Assembly: GCA_036389535.1 (NCBI GenBank)
Contig: DASVPT010000216.1
Span: 1 to 45,052, forward strand
DNA: 45,052 nt
From: Actinomycetota bacterium
GTDB lineage: Bacteria > Actinomycetota > UBA4738
Reading direction: 5' to 3'
Part shown: in pieces, positions 26,585 to 35,536 of the stretch
Numbering within the stretch: position 1 is the first letter of the stretch
How the letters are laid out: every line of letters begins with the position of its first letter
Notes under the pieces: model-generated
Seen by the model: only the letters and a program-made list of their open reading frames with translations
Told to the model about the DNA's origin: nothing
Databases searched by the model: none
Made by a program: the position numbers and the translations under genes

Positions 26585-27742
26585 TTACAGGTCTTCGATG
26601 ATCTCCGCGGCGCGCGCTCGTGCCCACCGGTCCGCCCGGGCCAGCGCCACCTCGGACACGACCGGGGCGCCGTCGTGTTCATCGAGGACCGCCGCGACCA
26701 CCTCGGCGATCTGGATGAGCCTGATCTTTCCACCGAGGAACGCCATGACCGCGACCTCGTTCGCCGCGTTCAACGCCGCGGGATAGGTCTGCCCGAGGCG
26801 ACCCGCGCGGTACGCCAGGTCGAGCGATGGGAACGCCTCGCGGTCGAGCTCCTCGAACGTCAACCGTCCGAGCGCGGCGAGTTCGAGCCCCTTGATCCCT
26901 TTCCCCAGCCGGTCGGGGAAGGCCAGCGCGAGCTGGATCGGAAGGCGCATGTCCGCTGTGGCCATCTGGGCCATGGTGCTTCCGTCGGCGAACTCGGCGA
27001 GCCCGTGGATGACCGATTCGGGATGGACCACGACGTCGATGCGGTTGTAGTCGAGCCCGAACAGGTAATGAGCCTCGATCACCTCGAGCCCCTTGTTCAT
27101 GAGCGTGGCGGAATCGATGGTGATCTTCGGGCCCATGTTCCACGTGGGGTGGGCCAGCGCCTCCTTCACGCTTGCTTTGGCAAGCTCTTCGCGGGTCCAT
27201 CCGCGGAACGGACCGCCGGAGGCGGTGATCACCACACGCTTCAGGTCTTCGCGACGCTCACCGCGAAGGCACTGGGCCAGCGCCGAATGCTCCGAGTCGA
27301 CGGGGACCAAACGGTCCGGCTCGCCCTTTACCAGGTCCATGACGAGCTCGCCGCCCACGACGAGCGATTCCTTGTTGGCCAGGGCGAGCATCTTCCCCGA
27401 CTGGAGGGCGGCGAGCGAGGGACCCAGCCCAACGGCGCCGACCATGGCGTTCAGCACCATGTCGGCCTCGGTGTCCCTGGCAAGCTTCTCGGCGGCGTCC
27501 GGGCCGGAGATGATCTCGACGCCCCGAATCGATCCGAGGACGCGCTTCACCTCGTCGGCCGCTTCGTCACTGGAGATCGCGACCACCGGCGGCATGAACT
27601 CGCGGACCTGCCCGGCGAGGAGCTCGTGGCTGCTGCCCGCGGCCAGCCCCAACACGCGAAACCGGTCGGGGCTGCGCCGAACGACATCGAGAGCCTGAGT
27701 CCCGATGGATCCGGTGGATCCCAAAATCGAAAGCGTGCGCAT
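26585..27742 (-). CDS. dxr: 1-deoxy-D-xylulose 5-phosphate reductoisomerase.
   Basis: The N-terminus reads ILGSTGSIGTQALDV, and the sequence is DXR-like throughout (LANKESLV, HP.W.MG.KITIDSAT). Confidence 0.96.
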   Translation of the reverse strand: MRTLSILGSTGSIGTQALDVVRRSPDRFRVLGLAAGSSHELLAGQVREFMPPVVAISSDEAADEVKRVLGSIRGVEIISGPDAAEKLARDTEADMVLNAMVGAVGLGPSLAALQSGKMLALANKESLVVGGELVMDLVKGEPDRLVPVDSEHSALAQCLRGERREDLKRVVITASGGPFRGWTREELAKASVKEALAHPTWNMGPKITIDSATLMNKGLEVIEAHYLFGLDYNRIDVVVHPESVIHGLAEFADGSTMAQMATADMRLPIQLALAFPDRLGKGIKGLELAALGRLTFEELDREAFPSLDLAYRAGRLGQTYPAALNAANEVAVMAFLGGKIRLIQIAEVVAAVLDEHDGAPVVSEVALARADRWARARAAEIIEDL

Positions 27743-27784
27743 CTCTCTAGAGGTTACCCCTCGGGATTCGGTTCTTAGCGATCC

Positions 27785-29206
27785 CTAAGAGATGAGTCGG
27801 AGAAAGTAGTACGCAGCTGGAGCCACAAACAGAACAGAATCGATCCGGTCGAGCACGCCCCCGTGTCCGGGAAGGATCGACCCCATGTCCTTCACGCCCA
27901 GATCACGCTTCATGAACGACTCGGCCAGGTCTCCCAGCGGCGCGAACACCGCGACCAGGAGACCGAACCCGACGGACGTAGCGAGCGTAAAGATCGGCCG
28001 GATGGAGGGGAGGATGGCGATGGCGAGCGCGAACGTCGTCACCGTGGCGGCGTACAGACCGCGCCACGTCTTCTTCGGGCTGATCGTCGGGGCCAGGGGA
28101 CGGGTTCCCCACACGGAACCGACGAAGAATCCGACGACGTCGTAGCCGAAGCTCAGGCCGAGGACGGCGAGCGTGATGGCCCGGCCGGACGGCTGGGTCA
28201 CGATGAGAAGCACGAAGCTCGCGAACAGCGGCGCGTAGACGATCCCGAGAAGCGTGGCGCCCACGTTGCCGAGGGCACCGTCCCGCGCCTTGGGCGGGGC
28301 GGCCATGTACCAGAGAACCGACAGCACCACACCGAGAACGATGAAGAACGGGATCGCTCCCGGCCCTCGGAGATACGCGCCGGCAAGAATGAGCGCGCCC
28401 ACCACGAGTCCGAGCGCGGTCGCTGGCTGAAGACCGCGGCGCTGCATGACCGCGTACAGCTCGAGCTGCCCGAACAGGACCACCGCCCCAACGATCACGG
28501 CAAAGACCGCGGTGGAGATGGCGAGGGCAATCAGCCCCGCCGCGGCCAGTACCGCCGCAGTGAGAAGCGCCATCGGGATGTTCCGCCCCGTGGGGGGCGC
28601 GACCGGTTCCACGACGACCGGCTGCGCGCCCGTGGGCTCCTCCCAGGCTGGTCCGGCCGCGGCAAGTCCCGCGCCGTCCACCGGGGTATCCGCGGGCGTC
28701 AGGAGATCGGCGAGCAAATCGTCCTGATCCTGGATGACCAGCTCCTCCGCGGCCTCGTCGTCGGCGGGTTCCACCGTCGCCAAGTCCGGATCCTCGGGGT
28801 CTTCGGGGCGAAGCGTCGATGTGGCTTCCTCCCAGTGCTCGGGGGCCTCCACCGGAGGCTCCTTCTCCGGCACGGGAAGGTCGCGGTATTCCGCCGGAGG
28901 CTTGGTCAGCGCGTCGACGGTCAGGTCGGGCGACTCGCCCAATTCCACCGACGTCGGTAGAAGGTCGGAGGTCTCACCCAGGTCCTCGGTTCCGTGCTTC
29001 CAGATACCGGGAAGGAACTCGTCGGTCCGGGCGTCCTCGGCGCGGCTCGGCCGAACGCCGGCGCGGGGCGGCTGGGCTGGCGGCGCCGCGGCCTCACCGT
29101 CGACGCCGACATCTGCCGGATCGTCGTCTTCACCGAAGAACCGGTCGAGATCCCGGAACGGATCGTCGTCGAGCTCTCGGCCGATGTCCTCTTCGTCTCT
29201 GGCCAT
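27785..29206 (-). CDS. cdsA: Phosphatidate cytidylyltransferase with a roughly 210-aa acidic, Pro-rich N-terminal extension.
   Basis: The C-terminal membrane domain ends in the CDS signature KRDLGVKDMGSILPGHGGVLDRIDS. The ATG abuts the frr stop (TAG-ATG). Third-position G/C stays high across the extension, which supports translation of that region. Confidence 0.88.
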   Translation of the reverse strand: MARDEEDIGRELDDDPFRDLDRFFGEDDDPADVGVDGEAAAPPAQPPRAGVRPSRAEDARTDEFLPGIWKHGTEDLGETSDLLPTSVELGESPDLTVDALTKPPAEYRDLPVPEKEPPVEAPEHWEEATSTLRPEDPEDPDLATVEPADDEAAEELVIQDQDDLLADLLTPADTPVDGAGLAAAGPAWEEPTGAQPVVVEPVAPPTGRNIPMALLTAAVLAAAGLIALAISTAVFAVIVGAVVLFGQLELYAVMQRRGLQPATALGLVVGALILAGAYLRGPGAIPFFIVLGVVLSVLWYMAAPPKARDGALGNVGATLLGIVYAPLFASFVLLIVTQPSGRAITLAVLGLSFGYDVVGFFVGSVWGTRPLAPTISPKKTWRGLYAATVTTFALAIAILPSIRPIFTLATSVGFGLLVAVFAPLGDLAESFMKRDLGVKDMGSILPGHGGVLDRIDSVLFVAPAAYYFLRLIS

Positions 29207-29767
29207 CTAGACCTCCATCAGCTCCTTCTCCTTGTGGTCGAGGAGGTTGTCGATATCGGCCACGTACTGGTCGGTCAGCCGCTGCAGTTCCTTCTCCGAC
29301 CTTCGCAGGTCATCTTCGGAGATCGTGTGGTCGCGCTCAAGCCGCTCGAGTGACTCCTTGATATGGCGGCGGACGTTGCGGACCGAAACCCGTCCATCCT
29401 CCGCCCGCTCCTTCGCCAGCTTGATCAGATCCTTGCGGCGCTCTTCGGTCAGCGGGGGGAACGCCAATCGGATCACGTTGCCGTCGTTGGACGGAGTGAG
29501 GCCGAGGTCCGATGACTGAATCGCCTTTTCCATCGCGGCGATGGCGCTCTTGTCGAACGGCTGAATGACGAGAAGTCGCGGTTCGGGCACGCTGAACGAC
29601 GCGAGCTGGTTGAGCGGAACCTGCGTCCCGTAGTACTCGACGGTCAGGCGATCGAGGAGTCGCGGATTCGCCCGCCCCGTTCGAATCGACCCGAGCTCAT
29701 CCTGGGTCACGGAGGCGGCGCTTCGCATTTTCTGCTCCGCGTCCTTGAGACTTTCTTCAACGGTCAT
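29207..29767 (-). CDS. frr: Ribosome recycling factor.
   Basis: It is RRF-like (MTVEESLKDAEQKM...GSIRTGRANP.LLD...V.YYG). The ATG at 29767 has a GGGGAAGGA motif about 11 nt upstream. The track ORF begins 4 codons earlier. Confidence 0.95.
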   Translation of the reverse strand: MTVEESLKDAEQKMRSAASVTQDELGSIRTGRANPRLLDRLTVEYYGTQVPLNQLASFSVPEPRLLVIQPFDKSAIAAMEKAIQSSDLGLTPSNDGNVIRLAFPPLTEERRKDLIKLAKERAEDGRVSVRNVRRHIKESLERLERDHTISEDDLRRSEKELQRLTDQYVADIDNLLDHKEKELMEV

Positions 29768-29887
29768 CGGCCGGCACATCCTTCCCCAGGTGGCCGAGCG
29801 CCCTCATAGAGCCTAGTGGACGTTGGTGGCAGTGCGACACAACGAGCGCAGGGGTTTGACGAACATTCCATGAGGCGGAAGGGGAAA

Positions 29888-30646
<759 letters not shown>

Positions 30647-31258
30647 CTAGCTCTCCCGTCCGAGCTCGAAGCGAACGAACCGCCGGATCACGACGTTCTC
30701 GCCCACTTTGGACGCGACTTCGGTGACGAGGTCCGCGATCGTCTTGTCATGCTCGCGGACGTATTCCTGGTCCAGGAGCACGGTCTCCTTGTAGAAGGCC
30801 TCGAGCATGCCGTTCACCATCTGTGGGATGACTTTGTCGGGCCGGCCCATTCCACGAGCCCGTTCTTCGTAGATCTTTCGCTCCCCGTCGATGACATCGG
30901 GCGGCACGTCGTCACGGGAGATCCACCGAGGATTCAGCGCGGCGACCTGCATGGCCACCTCGCGGGCGAGGCGCCTGAACTCCTCCGTCCGGCCGACGAA
31001 ATCGGTTTCGCAATTGACCTCGACCAACACGCCGATGCGGCCCTCTCCGTGGATGTACGCGTCGATGATCCCTTCGGAGGCTGCTCGAGCCGAGCGCTTC
31101 TGGGCTGAGGCGAGCCCGCGGGTCCGAAGGAGGTCGCGAGCCTTCTCCGTGTCGCCGCCAGTCTCGACAAGAGCGCGCTTGGCGTCCATCATCCCCGCGC
31201 CCGTCTCTTCCCGGAGCGCCTTGACCTGGGCGGCGGTGATCTGAGGCTCGTCGCTCAT
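30647..31258 (-). CDS. tsf: Elongation factor Ts (short form, 203 aa).
   Basis: It has a UBA-like N-terminus ([25 protein letters not shown]) and a single core domain. The ATGA overlap with the rpsB stop is present. Confidence 0.93.
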   Translation of the reverse strand: MSDEPQITAAQVKALREETGAGMMDAKRALVETGGDTEKARDLLRTRGLASAQKRSARAASEGIIDAYIHGEGRIGVLVEVNCETDFVGRTEEFRRLAREVAMQVAALNPRWISRDDVPPDVIDGERKIYEERARGMGRPDKVIPQMVNGMLEAFYKETVLLDQEYVREHDKTIADLVTEVASKVGENVVIRRFVRFELGRES

Positions 31259-32307
31259 GCCGGCTCCCCCGGGCTCTCTTCCGGCTCGAGTGGCGCGCGA
31301 TCGATCTCGCGTTCCAGCACCTCTGGGTCCGCCGGACCGGTTTCGCTCGGGATCGTGTCCGCTTCGGTGTCCGACGGGTTCAGCGGCGCCGCCCAGTCGG
31401 CCGACGTGTCGGCGGCCACAGGGGCTGGCGCCTCGGTCGCTCCATCCGCCGGCTGGCCTCCGTCGGGAGCGCCGCCCTCATTGAGGTCGCTGCCGAAGAA
31501 CGCGGCCTCCTCCTCTGAAAGACGAATGGGCCTGCGCCCCTCCGGCTCCTCCGGTCCGGCGCCGGCCGCCGCGGGCTCCTGCTCGAACTCGGGCTCGAAG
31601 GTTCGTGTTTGCATCCCCTGGTACGCGAGGTACTGGCCTTCCTGCAGCGCGTCGGCCACCACCTTGGTCACCACCAGACATGATCTGATGGCGTCGTCGT
31701 TGCCCGGAATGACGTGATCGACCTCGTCGGGGTCGCAGTTCGTGTCCACGATGGCGATGACCGGAATCCCCAGCTTTCGCGCTTCCTTCACCGCGTTCTG
31801 CTCCCGTTTGGTGTCGATCACGAACACCGCGTCGGGAAGACGCTCCATGTCCTGGATCCCGGAGAGGTTTCGCTCCAGCTTCTCCTTCTCGTGGCGAAGC
31901 TTGAGGACCTCCTTCTTCGGCAGAAACTCGAAGGCGCCCGACCGCTCCATCTCGCGCAGCTCCTTGAGCCGTTGGAGACGGCCGTGGATGGTCTGGAAGT
32001 TGGTCAGCATTCCGCCGAGCCAGCGGGTGTTGACGTACGGCATCCCGACCCGGCCGGCGTGCTCTTCGATCGCCTCCTGCGCCTGCTTCTTGGTACCGAC
32101 GAACAGGACCGCACCGTTTCGCCGGCCGATGTCGACCAGGAACTGATAGGCGCCGTTCAGAGCGTCGAGCGTCTTTTCCAGGTCGATGATGTAGATCCCG
32201 GAGCGCTCGCCGAAGATGTAACGCCGCATCTTCGGATTCCAGCGCCGGGTCTGGTGCCCGAAGTGGACTCCCGCCTCGAGCAGCTCCCGCCGAGTGGCGA
32301 CGGGCAT
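31255..32307 (-). CDS. rpsB: 30S ribosomal protein S2 with a roughly 118-aa acidic C-terminal extension.
   Basis: The N-terminus reads [19 protein letters not shown]. The Shine-Dalgarno is strong (GAAAGGAGGAGCCAC-ATG). Confidence 0.96.
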   Translation of the reverse strand: MPVATRRELLEAGVHFGHQTRRWNPKMRRYIFGERSGIYIIDLEKTLDALNGAYQFLVDIGRRNGAVLFVGTKKQAQEAIEEHAGRVGMPYVNTRWLGGMLTNFQTIHGRLQRLKELREMERSGAFEFLPKKEVLKLRHEKEKLERNLSGIQDMERLPDAVFVIDTKREQNAVKEARKLGIPVIAIVDTNCDPDEVDHVIPGNDDAIRSCLVVTKVVADALQEGQYLAYQGMQTRTFEPEFEQEPAAAGAGPEEPEGRRPIRLSEEEAAFFGSDLNEGGAPDGGQPADGATEAPAPVAADTSADWAAPLNPSDTEADTIPSETGPADPEVLEREIDRAPLEPEESPGEPA

Positions 32308-32415
32308 GTGGCTCCTCCTTTCGGTTATGACCTCCGCCGGTTCGCTCTCGCCCCGACCCGTTGGCCGGGACCTCGGGACGAGTCCCCTGGCGTGTGAATT
32401 TGCACGGCGAACGAA

Positions 32416-32431
32416 CGCCGCGCAGGCGGCG
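32416..32431 (-). terminator. Weak GC hairpin after the membrane-protein gene, or the 5' end of the rpsB leader.
   Basis: The minus strand reads CGCCGC-CUGC-GCGGCG followed by UUCGUUCG. It lies 18 nt downstream of the stop at 32450. The stem is only 6 bp and the U tract is poor. Confidence 0.3.
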
Positions 32432-32449
32432 AGTCTAACAAGTCAGTTC

Positions 32450-33475
32450 CTACGGGCGGGCGCGGCCCGAGTCCTGTTCGAGCACGGACTCGCGAACGAC
32501 CAACCACCGGAACGTCAGCGCGCCGAGCACCGAGACGTGGACGAACGCAACCAGCAGCGCGTAGAGCCAAAGCAAGATCGACGGTGTGGCCGCGGCGACG
32601 CGGCTGGCCGGCGTCCCGGCGAGGACGAAAAGAGAGAAAGCGATATAGGAGGACGCGAGGACCATGTGCCTCGGACCCGGGATACGTGCCGCTCGGACCG
32701 AGAGCCGGAACGCTTCCCGCACCGCCACCCCTTCCGTTACCGCGATGACGGGGGCGAACGCGAAAAAATATGTCCCGCCCAGCAGCGCCGCGATCACGGC
32801 GAGCTGACCGATCGATCCGCCGAGGAAGCTGGGGGCGACGACCAGCGCGACGAGCATCAAGACGAGAAAGGCCACCTCGATTCCGAGGAGCACCGGATAG
32901 GTCCGCAGGCCGCGGCGCGGGCCGGGTCGGGCCGTCGCTTCCGTTTCGTTCAGCGGACGGTCGAACGCCCTTCCGAGAAGGGAGATCCACACCATCAAGA
33001 GCGCGGCGCGGGCCACCACGACGGCAAGCCCCATCTCCAGGAAGACCGTGCTGGAGGTAGCTCTGCCCGCGGCGAGGAGCTGAACGTCGAGATAGGAGTG
33101 AAACGGCGGGAGCGACTCGAGCAAGATGATCCCCGACGGCGACGCACCCAGATCGACGCCGTAGGCGCTGTATGCGAGCCACAGTGACAGGAGCCCGAGG
33201 AACGTGATCGCCAGGATGAGTGGGGAGGCCCCGGCCGCTCGCATGCCCCGAGCGAGCGAGAGCGGAAGTGGCGGGTGAATCACCGGCGGCCCCTTCGGCT
33301 CACGTTCGGGACGGTTTCGTGTGGCCGTCACGGCGGTGCGAGCGCGGGTTCGTCCCGCCCCTTCCGTGCGGGCGGGCTGACGCGTCGGGGCTCGCTCGGG
33401 CCTTCGGTTCGTCGCCGCCGACTGGTCGGTTCGCGCCGCCGGTGACCTTCGCGGCTTCCGCTTGCGCTTCGTCAT
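32450..33475 (-). CDS. Hypothetical polytopic membrane protein with a roughly 75-aa polybasic N-terminal tail.
   Basis: 341 aa. The N-terminus is MTKRKRKPRRSPAARTDQSAATNRRPERAPTRQPARTEG..., followed by about 6 hydrophobic segments. The ATG overlaps the upstream stop (ATGA at 33472-33475). I recognise no family motif. Confidence 0.65.
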   Translation of the reverse strand: MTKRKRKPRRSPAARTDQSAATNRRPERAPTRQPARTEGAGRTRARTAVTATRNRPEREPKGPPVIHPPLPLSLARGMRAAGASPLILAITFLGLLSLWLAYSAYGVDLGASPSGIILLESLPPFHSYLDVQLLAAGRATSSTVFLEMGLAVVVARAALLMVWISLLGRAFDRPLNETEATARPGPRRGLRTYPVLLGIEVAFLVLMLVALVVAPSFLGGSIGQLAVIAALLGGTYFFAFAPVIAVTEGVAVREAFRLSVRAARIPGPRHMVLASSYIAFSLFVLAGTPASRVAAATPSILLWLYALLVAFVHVSVLGALTFRWLVVRESVLEQDSGRARP

Positions 33476-34929
33476 TCCACCTCCTCCGCTGGGGCCGCAT
33501 CAGAGGCTCTGCGGCTGAGCAGAAACCGGAACAGGGCCAGCAAGACCCCCATCAACGCGACGAAGGCGATGGCGAAGTTCCTGAGGGCCGGGACGTATTT
33601 CAGGATGGTCGGAGACTCAATGTCGAGGAGCCTGCCGGAAGGATCCGGGACGAACGCCGAGATGCCGCCGCGGGCAGCCTCCGAAGAGGCAAGAAGCGCC
33701 GGCCTGCCTCCTGCGGCGCCAACGGCCAGTGGGCCCGCGGGGCCGGACCCGAGACTCGACTTCCAGCGGATATGGCCGGAGCCAGCATCGATTCCGGCGA
33801 TGGTTCCGTCGTCGAGCCCGACATAGACCGTTGAAGGCCGGCCGAGCGCGACGATCGGAGCGGACGAGGTAGCGGAAGGAGCGAACTGGTAGTCCCACAC
33901 CCGGCGGCCCGTGCGACCGTCCAGCCGAAACAGGCCGGAGAATGCGTCGAGCACGTACACCGACGCTCCCGCGACGGCCGGCGCGGTCCGAGGGCTGAAC
34001 AGCGGCCCCCTGACCCTGCCGGACCACCGAACGCGGCCGGTCGAAGCATCTATGGCACGAAGCGCGGCATCGCCGAAGGCGACGTACACGGTCGAGCCGG
34101 CCACCGCCGGCGACGACGATCCAAAGGCCTGGCCGGGAGGAGAGAAGGTCCAAAGCGGCTTGCACGTCGGCGAGCCGCAGCCGTCCGCTCGAACGGCGTA
34201 CAGCGTGGCGTTGCCGTTGCGGCGGTTTTCACTGACGGCGAAGACTCGCCCGTCTGACACCGCCGGGGCCGAGTTGACCTGGCCGTCGGTCGGCACTCGC
34301 CACAGCCGTCGCCCCGACAACGCGTCGAACGCGAGGATCGCTCCCGCCGTGCTTCCGACGAACGCGGTGCCCCCCTCGATGGTCGGCCCGCCCAAACCCA
34401 ACGGACCAGCGCGCGTCGTCCACAACCTGCGATGCGTCCTCAGATCGACCGCCGCGATAGCGGCGTCCGTCGATCGGCTGCCTTCGGCAAAAAGCGCGAC
34501 TCCGGACGTTTTTAGGGTCGGGTCGATGGCGGGCGGGATGAGCGGTCCTCGCGCCCGCGGCGATGTCCACTTCGTTGCGCCCGTCTCGACGTCCACGCCC
34601 ACGATCGCGTCTCGACTGGTGACCACGGCCAGAGACCCGGCGATGACGGGGCCGGATGATCCACCGGGCGCGGGGGCCGTTCGCCACAGCGGGCGAAGCG
34701 GCGGAGGGAGCGTCTCACTCACCACCGTGCCTGGATGCGCCGGTCCGCCCTGGAACACCGTCCACGACGGTCCGTCCTCGATCGCGGCTTGGCCCACGGC
34801 GGGGAATGCCTCCATCGAGCACAGGATGCCTGCGACGACCGCCCCGGCAGAGCGGACAAGCGAAAGGCGTCGACTGTTGGATCGGGCGGCCGAGCGTGGG
34901 GGCGCCTCGTGCGCGGGGGCGGAATTCAA
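33472..34929 (-). CDS. PQQ-like (BamB-type) beta-propeller repeat protein with an N-terminal signal/anchor and a C-terminal TM helix.
   Basis: 485 aa. At least seven repeats of the form ...(V/I/L)xAxDxxTGxxxW... are visible (VGVDVETGATKWTS, AAVDLRTHRRLWTT, LAFDALSGRRLWRV, LRAIDASTGRVRWSG, FRLDGRTGRRVWDY, AGIDAGSGHIRWKS). The signal-like N-terminus is AGAVVAGILCSMEAFPAVGQA, and the C-terminal TM is FAIAFVALMGVLLALFRFLL. The start codon is TTG, so the start is uncertain. Confidence 0.75.
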   Translation of the reverse strand: MNSAPAHEAPPRSAARSNSRRLSLVRSAGAVVAGILCSMEAFPAVGQAAIEDGPSWTVFQGGPAHPGTVVSETLPPPLRPLWRTAPAPGGSSGPVIAGSLAVVTSRDAIVGVDVETGATKWTSPRARGPLIPPAIDPTLKTSGVALFAEGSRSTDAAIAAVDLRTHRRLWTTRAGPLGLGGPTIEGGTAFVGSTAGAILAFDALSGRRLWRVPTDGQVNSAPAVSDGRVFAVSENRRNGNATLYAVRADGCGSPTCKPLWTFSPPGQAFGSSSPAVAGSTVYVAFGDAALRAIDASTGRVRWSGRVRGPLFSPRTAPAVAGASVYVLDAFSGLFRLDGRTGRRVWDYQFAPSATSSAPIVALGRPSTVYVGLDDGTIAGIDAGSGHIRWKSSLGSGPAGPLAVGAAGGRPALLASSEAARGGISAFVPDPSGRLLDIESPTILKYVPALRNFAIAFVALMGVLLALFRFLLSRRASDAAPAEEVE

Positions 34930-34999
34930 GGACGCTCATTGTAGGGAGGGCCGCGCCCGCGGCCGGGAGCCACGCTTCGGAGGCGAGCGCGGAGGAGGA

Positions 35000-35536
35000 C
35001 TACGGGGGGATAGGAGCCAGGTGGATCGATCCGACGACGCTGCCCCCTTCGAGGAGCGACATCGGGTCGATGTAGACCTCTCCGACTCTGGCGCCGAAAT
35101 GCAGATGAGGCTGAGAGAGCTCGGGATGGCCATGCCCGGTGCGCCCGATGACCTGGCCGCGCTTCACCGTATCTCCCTTCTTTGCCGTCGCCTCACTCAG
35201 CCACGAGTAGGTCGTCCGCACGCCGTCCGGATGGTCGATGGAAACGAACAGCGATCCGGCGATCCAGCCGGCGAAGGCAACGGCGCCGTTCTGCGCGGCT
35301 CGAACCGGCGTCCCGAACGGAGCGGCAATGTCGATCCCTCGATGACCAGGGCCGAACGGTCCGGTCGGAGCCTCGAACGGCCGGATCACCGGCCCGCGGA
35401 CCGGCCAGCTGTATCCATGGCTCGCCGGAGTCGACGACCAAGCCGACCGGCCTGCCACCCCCGGCGAGGGCGAACCCCCCGCCACGGAGGTTGGTAGGAC
35501 CAGAAGAACGGAGATGACGAAGCGCAGTCCCGGCAT
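35000..35536 (-). CDS. Secreted M23 (LytM-type) metallopeptidase.
   Basis: 178 aa. The signal peptide is MPGLRFVISVLLVLPTSVAGG. The M23 motifs HRGIDIAAPFGTPV and HLHFGARV are present. Confidence 0.88.
   Translation of the reverse strand: MPGLRFVISVLLVLPTSVAGGSPSPGVAGRSAWSSTPASHGYSWPVRGPVIRPFEAPTGPFGPGHRGIDIAAPFGTPVRAAQNGAVAFAGWIAGSLFVSIDHPDGVRTTYSWLSEATAKKGDTVKRGQVIGRTGHGHPELSQPHLHFGARVGEVYIDPMSLLEGGSVVGSIHLAPIPP

Noticed and set aside
29780-29887. Possible long-range pairing of CCUUCC (near the pyrH stop) with the GGAAGG of the frr Shine-Dalgarno across the 108-nt spacer.
   Set aside because: It involves only 6 bp separated by about 95 nt. I could find no supporting local structure, and such matches are expected by chance.
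34715-34939. A 74-aa minus-strand ORF starting at an ATG embedded in the TACAAT box upstream of the propeller gene.
   Set aside because: It is in a different frame from the propeller protein. The propeller frame shows a signal-like N-terminus that continues into the repeat domain, whereas the alternative frame is Arg/Gly/Pro-rich noise.
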